Assembly (NCBI GenBank): GCA_963702435.1
Contig: CAVPCR010000001.1
Coordinates: forward strand, 800,001 to 864,000
Length of the DNA: 64,000 nucleotides
Direction of reading: 5' to 3'
Source: Candidatus Eiseniibacteriota bacterium
Lineage (GTDB): Bacteria > Eisenbacteria > RBG-16-71-46 > CAVPCR01
Shown here piece by piece: positions 61,090 to 64,000 of this stretch. The position numbers and the translations under genes are program-made. Within the stretch, counting starts at the first letter, position 1. Every line of letters begins with the position of its first letter. Below the pieces are notes generated by a model. It worked only from the letters and a program-made list of their open reading frames with translations. It searched no databases and was not told where the DNA came from.

Positions 61090-62268
61090 TCATCCGCCAC
61101 CGGTGTAAGCGCCATAGGCGAGCCCGGCCGCGGTCGAGAGCACGACGACGAGAGCCACGTAGACGATGGTCTTCCGTGTTCCGAGAACGCTTCTGATGAC
61201 GAGCATCGAGGGCAAGGAGAGGGCCGGACCGGCGAGGAGCAGCGCGAGCGCCGGCCCCCGGCCCATGCCCGATCCGAGGAGGCCCTGGACGATCGGCACC
61301 TCGGTCAAGGTCGCGAAGTACATGAAGGCGCCGGCGACCGCGGCGAAGAAGTTCGCGAAGAGGGAGTTGCCGCCGACGAGCCCGGCGACCCACGCCGACG
61401 GGATCGCGCCCTCGTGTCCGGGGCGCCCGAGCAGGAAACCGGCGACGAGAACACCGCCGAAGAGGAGCGGCAGCATCTGCGCGGCGAAGCCCCAGGTGGC
61501 ATCCACCCAGGTGCGAAGCTCGTCCCGGCTGAACCAGAAGGCGATCGCCGCGGCGAGAGCGGCGAGGAACAGCGCCGCGAGCACCCACTTGGCGGCGAAG
61601 ATCGCGGCCCAGATCCCGCCGTCCCCGGAGCCGACCGGGCGCCCCCAGTTGGCGAAGACGAGCACGCCGACGAGACCGGCGAAGTAGATGCCGTCCTGCC
61701 AGAGGCGGCGCGACGCGGGCGGATGAGTCAGCGCGGGAGCCGCCGCCGCGCGCTCCCTCTCCTCCGCGCGGAAGATGAAATCCATGACGAGTCCGATCAC
61801 GACCGAGAAACCGATGGCGCCCGCCGCCCGCGCGAGGCCCAGCTCGAAGCCGAGCACGCGGGCGGTGAGCACGATGGCGAGGACGTTGATCGCCGGGCCG
61901 GAGTAGAGGAAGGCGGTGGCCGGACCGAGGCCGGCGCCTCTCCGGTGGATCCCGGAGAAGAGCGGGAGCACCGTGCAGGAGCAGACGGCGAGGATGGTGC
62001 CCGATACGGCCGCGACCGGATAGGCCACCCACCGCGAGGCATCCGCTCCCAGGTAGCGCATCACGGCGGCCTGGCTCACGAAGACCGAGATGGCGCCGGC
62101 GATGAAGAAGGCCGGCACCAGACAGAGGAGCACGTGATCCCGGGCGTACTCGTGGAGCATGGCGAAGGCTTCCCAGATCGCGCCCTGGACGCGCACGCTC
62201 TCGACCGGGAGAAAGCGCGCGGCGAGGAACACCGCCAGCATGATCGCGAATCGGGTTCGCCCCCTCAT
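61090..62268 (-). CDS. ArsP/DUF318 family permease
   Basis: HVLLCLVPAFFIAG, AVCSCTVLP, FLYSGPAIN, MYFATLTEVP and GPALSLP. Confidence 0.92.
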   Translation of the reverse strand: MRGRTRFAIMLAVFLAARFLPVESVRVQGAIWEAFAMLHEYARDHVLLCLVPAFFIAGAISVFVSQAAVMRYLGADASRWVAYPVAAVSGTILAVCSCTVLPLFSGIHRRGAGLGPATAFLYSGPAINVLAIVLTARVLGFELGLARAAGAIGFSVVIGLVMDFIFRAEERERAAAAPALTHPPASRRLWQDGIYFAGLVGVLVFANWGRPVGSGDGGIWAAIFAAKWVLAALFLAALAAAIAFWFSRDELRTWVDATWGFAAQMLPLLFGGVLVAGFLLGRPGHEGAIPSAWVAGLVGGNSLFANFFAAVAGAFMYFATLTEVPIVQGLLGSGMGRGPALALLLAGPALSLPSMLVIRSVLGTRKTIVYVALVVVLSTAAGLAYGAYTGGG

Positions 62269-62300
62269 CACCCCGCCACCTCCAGCCCTCCCGCTCGTAC

Positions 62301-62315
62301 ATGGCGATATGGCCA
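62301..62315 (-). promoter_or_regulatory. Second ArsR operator-like site upstream of the permease
   Basis: TGGCCATATCGCCAT, 13/15 identical to the palindrome in the arsR promoter. Confidence 0.55.
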
Positions 62316-62350
62316 AGCCGGTAAGCTGGCGCCAAATAAAAAGCTCCGGC

Positions 62351-62656
62351 TCACCGCGACTCCTTGAGCACCTGGGTCGCGCAGGAGAAGAAGCTCGTGA
62401 TGCAGGGCGTCAGCAGGCGATAGATAACGGCGCTCCCCTCCCGCCGGTCCTCGACGATGCCGTGGGCGCGAAGCACCGCCAGGTGCTTCGAGACGGTCGT
62501 CTGATCCGAACCGACGAGGCGCGTCAACTCGCCGGCGCTCGCCTCGCCGCGGCTCAGGCGATCGATGATCATGAGCCGCGACTCGTTGGCCAGGGCCTTG
62601 AGCACGCGCGCCTGCGCCCGATAGACGTTCCGCTGCGCTGTGACCGTCGCTCCCAT
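62351..62656 (-). CDS. ArsR/SmtB family repressor
   Basis: LKALANESRL, TVSKHLAVL, REG..YRL; C-terminal Cys pair PCITSFFSC. Confidence 0.93.
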   Translation of the reverse strand: MGATVTAQRNVYRAQARVLKALANESRLMIIDRLSRGEASAGELTRLVGSDQTTVSKHLAVLRAHGIVEDRREGSAVIYRLLTPCITSFFSCATQVLKESR

Positions 62657-62663
62657 GCCGGAC

Positions 62664-62692
62664 AGCATATGGCCATCTGGCCATGCCGTCAA
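62664..62692 (-). promoter_or_regulatory. arsR promoter with palindromic operator in the spacer
   Basis: TTGACG-17 nt-TATGCT-7 nt-ATG; ATGGCCA-GA-TGGCCAT at 62669-62684. Confidence 0.75.
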
Positions 62693-62727
62693 TAGGCAGA
62701 TCGCCCTGCATTTGCGGCCGCCCCCGG

Positions 62728-64000
62728 CTACCGGAGAAGCATCGCCTTGCCGCGGTCGCGCACCTGACCATCGACGCGGAGCTCGTAGAGGTAGACGCCC
62801 GCCGGGAGCGGCGTCCCGTCGCCGTCCCGCCCGTCCCAGCGGACGGCGTGGCTGCCTTCGGGGAGGCGCCCCGCGACGAGCTCGCGGGCGAGCCGCCCCG
62901 CGATGTCGTAGAGGCGGAGGCTCGTCTCGCCCGGGCGGGCGAGCGCGAGCTCGATGGCCACTCCGGCCCGGAAGGGATTGGGCCGGAACATGACCGCCGT
63001 GCGCGCCGGAGCAGACGCGCCGGCGCTGATCCCCGCCGGCGTGCCGGTCTCGCCCCGCAGCACGAACTTGAAGTCATCGGGAGTCTGGTTGCCTGCGTCG
63101 ACGACCGGATGCCAGCTCCCGCTCGTGAACTGGACCGCGTTCGCGCCCGGCGGGTGGGTCGCTCCGGGGATCGAGATCGGCGGCACGAAGGGCCCCGAGG
63201 TGAGCGTCCCGTCCACCTGCCAGTCGATCCAGTAGGTGCCGGGGGCGAGCGTCCAGCCGGGGATGGTGCAGGTGAGGCGATAGACCGCGCGGTCGGTCGC
63301 GGTCGCGATGTTCGTCTCGTCGGTGCGGTACAGCGTGTCCCACACGGCGGCGACGAGGAGATCGGTGAGCGAGTCGCCGTGGAGGACCCTGCTCCCCGGG
63401 ACCAGCGGCGAGCCGTCCCAGATGCGGATGTTGGCACGCGTGATGGTCGGATTGGCGGGCCCGGCGCCCGTCTGATAGGCAAAGAGCTCGACCTGCTCGA
63501 CCGTCCACTCGTCGTCCGCGGTGAAGTCATCGGCCACGCGCGCCCCGGATGCGACCTGGTGGCTGTAGCCCATGACCGACTCGCCGAGGGTCACGCTCTG
63601 GCGGGCGCTTGCGTCCGCCCCACCCGCGCCCTGGCCGGGATGCGTCACGAGCGGGCCGTTGTCCCAGAGAATCGGCGGCGGTGGTGGTGGCGGCGGCGGC
63701 GGGCCGTGCGCCGCCGCGACCAGCGCGAAATCCGCATCGAGCGCCGGCGTCTCCGGGTGAGAATCGGCGATCACCTCGTCGGCGATCACCTCGAGCGTCC
63801 ACGCCCCGGGCTCCGGATCGGCAACGAGCACGTTCTCGACCGTGTCGATCGTGTTCGAGACGCCGCCCGCAACCGACCAGTTGTCGGCGGCGAGCCCCTG
63901 GTTCCCCCAGTAGATGGTCCCCCCGGGACTCGTCGCGCGGAGCGACAGATCGTTGATCCGATGGCGAGTCGATCCGACGTTGCCGCGCGGATCGGCGTAG
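62728..64000 (-). CDS. C-terminal part of a secreted protein, probably a KP-43-like S8 peptidase, with FlgD-Ig/T9SS-like CTD; 5' end off the window
   Basis: Frame open from the edge: YADP..INDLSL..SPGG..WGN..DTVENV..PEPGAWTLEV jelly-roll, poly-Pro linker, then PNPF..YDIAGR..WDGRD..PAGVY. Confidence 0.8.
   Translation of the reverse strand, partial: YADPRGNVGSTRHRINDLSLRATSPGGTIYWGNQGLAADNWSVAGGVSNTIDTVENVLVADPEPGAWTLEVIADEVIADSHPETPALDADFALVAAAHGPPPPPPPPPPILWDNGPLVTHPGQGAGGADASARQSVTLGESVMGYSHQVASGARVADDFTADDEWTVEQVELFAYQTGAGPANPTITRANIRIWDGSPLVPGSRVLHGDSLTDLLVAAVWDTLYRTDETNIATATDRAVYRLTCTIPGWTLAPGTYWIDWQVDGTLTSGPFVPPISIPGATHPPGANAVQFTSGSWHPVVDAGNQTPDDFKFVLRGETGTPAGISAGASAPARTAVMFRPNPFRAGVAIELALARPGETSLRLYDIAGRLARELVAGRLPEGSHAVRWDGRDGDGTPLPAGVYLYELRVDGQVRDRGKAMLLR

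Overview
64 kb of very GC-rich, densely coding bacterial chromosome with about 52 CDS. I recognised no rRNA, tRNA, CRISPR array or IS element. Diderm features (OmpA domain, outer-membrane barrels), FlgD-Ig/T9SS-like C-terminal domains, a gingipain-like C25 peptidase and a recurring C-terminal 'VEPxTWGQxKS' tail suggest an uncultured FCB-related lineage such as Ca. Eisenbacteria, Krumholzibacteriota or Latescibacterota (inference). Contents in order: FAD oxidoreductase and DHDPS-family genes; a Rieske/cytochrome b operon flanked by 5- and 9-heme cytochromes; aminotransferase-pckA; a heavily frameshifted C25 peptidase; a putative sigma54-driven response regulator plus histone H1/Hc2-like gene; a six-gene operon encoding PspA (ESCRT-III fold), an OmpA-fused solute-binding protein, an ABC transporter, a membrane coiled-coil protein and a Vps4/Cdc48-like AAA+ ATPase; a divergent DUF692 (MNIO) enzyme and partner with no visible precursor; HU; metH (two frameshifts); arginase; an S8 lipoprotein; an ECF sigma/ZAS anti-sigma/TPR-CHAT protease cassette; M28, tricorn and S8 peptidases; alkaline phosphatase; an ECF-ZAS fusion; and an ArsR/ArsP/thioredoxin/CcdA/Acr3 cluster. 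The strongest candidates for an under-described system are the PspA-AAA-ABC envelope operon, the TWG C-terminal sorting tail, the ECF/anti-sigma/CHAT(/S8) cassette and the orphan MNIO pair. The indels look like consensus errors, so frameshifted genes should be treated cautiously. All family calls come from motif recognition by eye; no searches were run.
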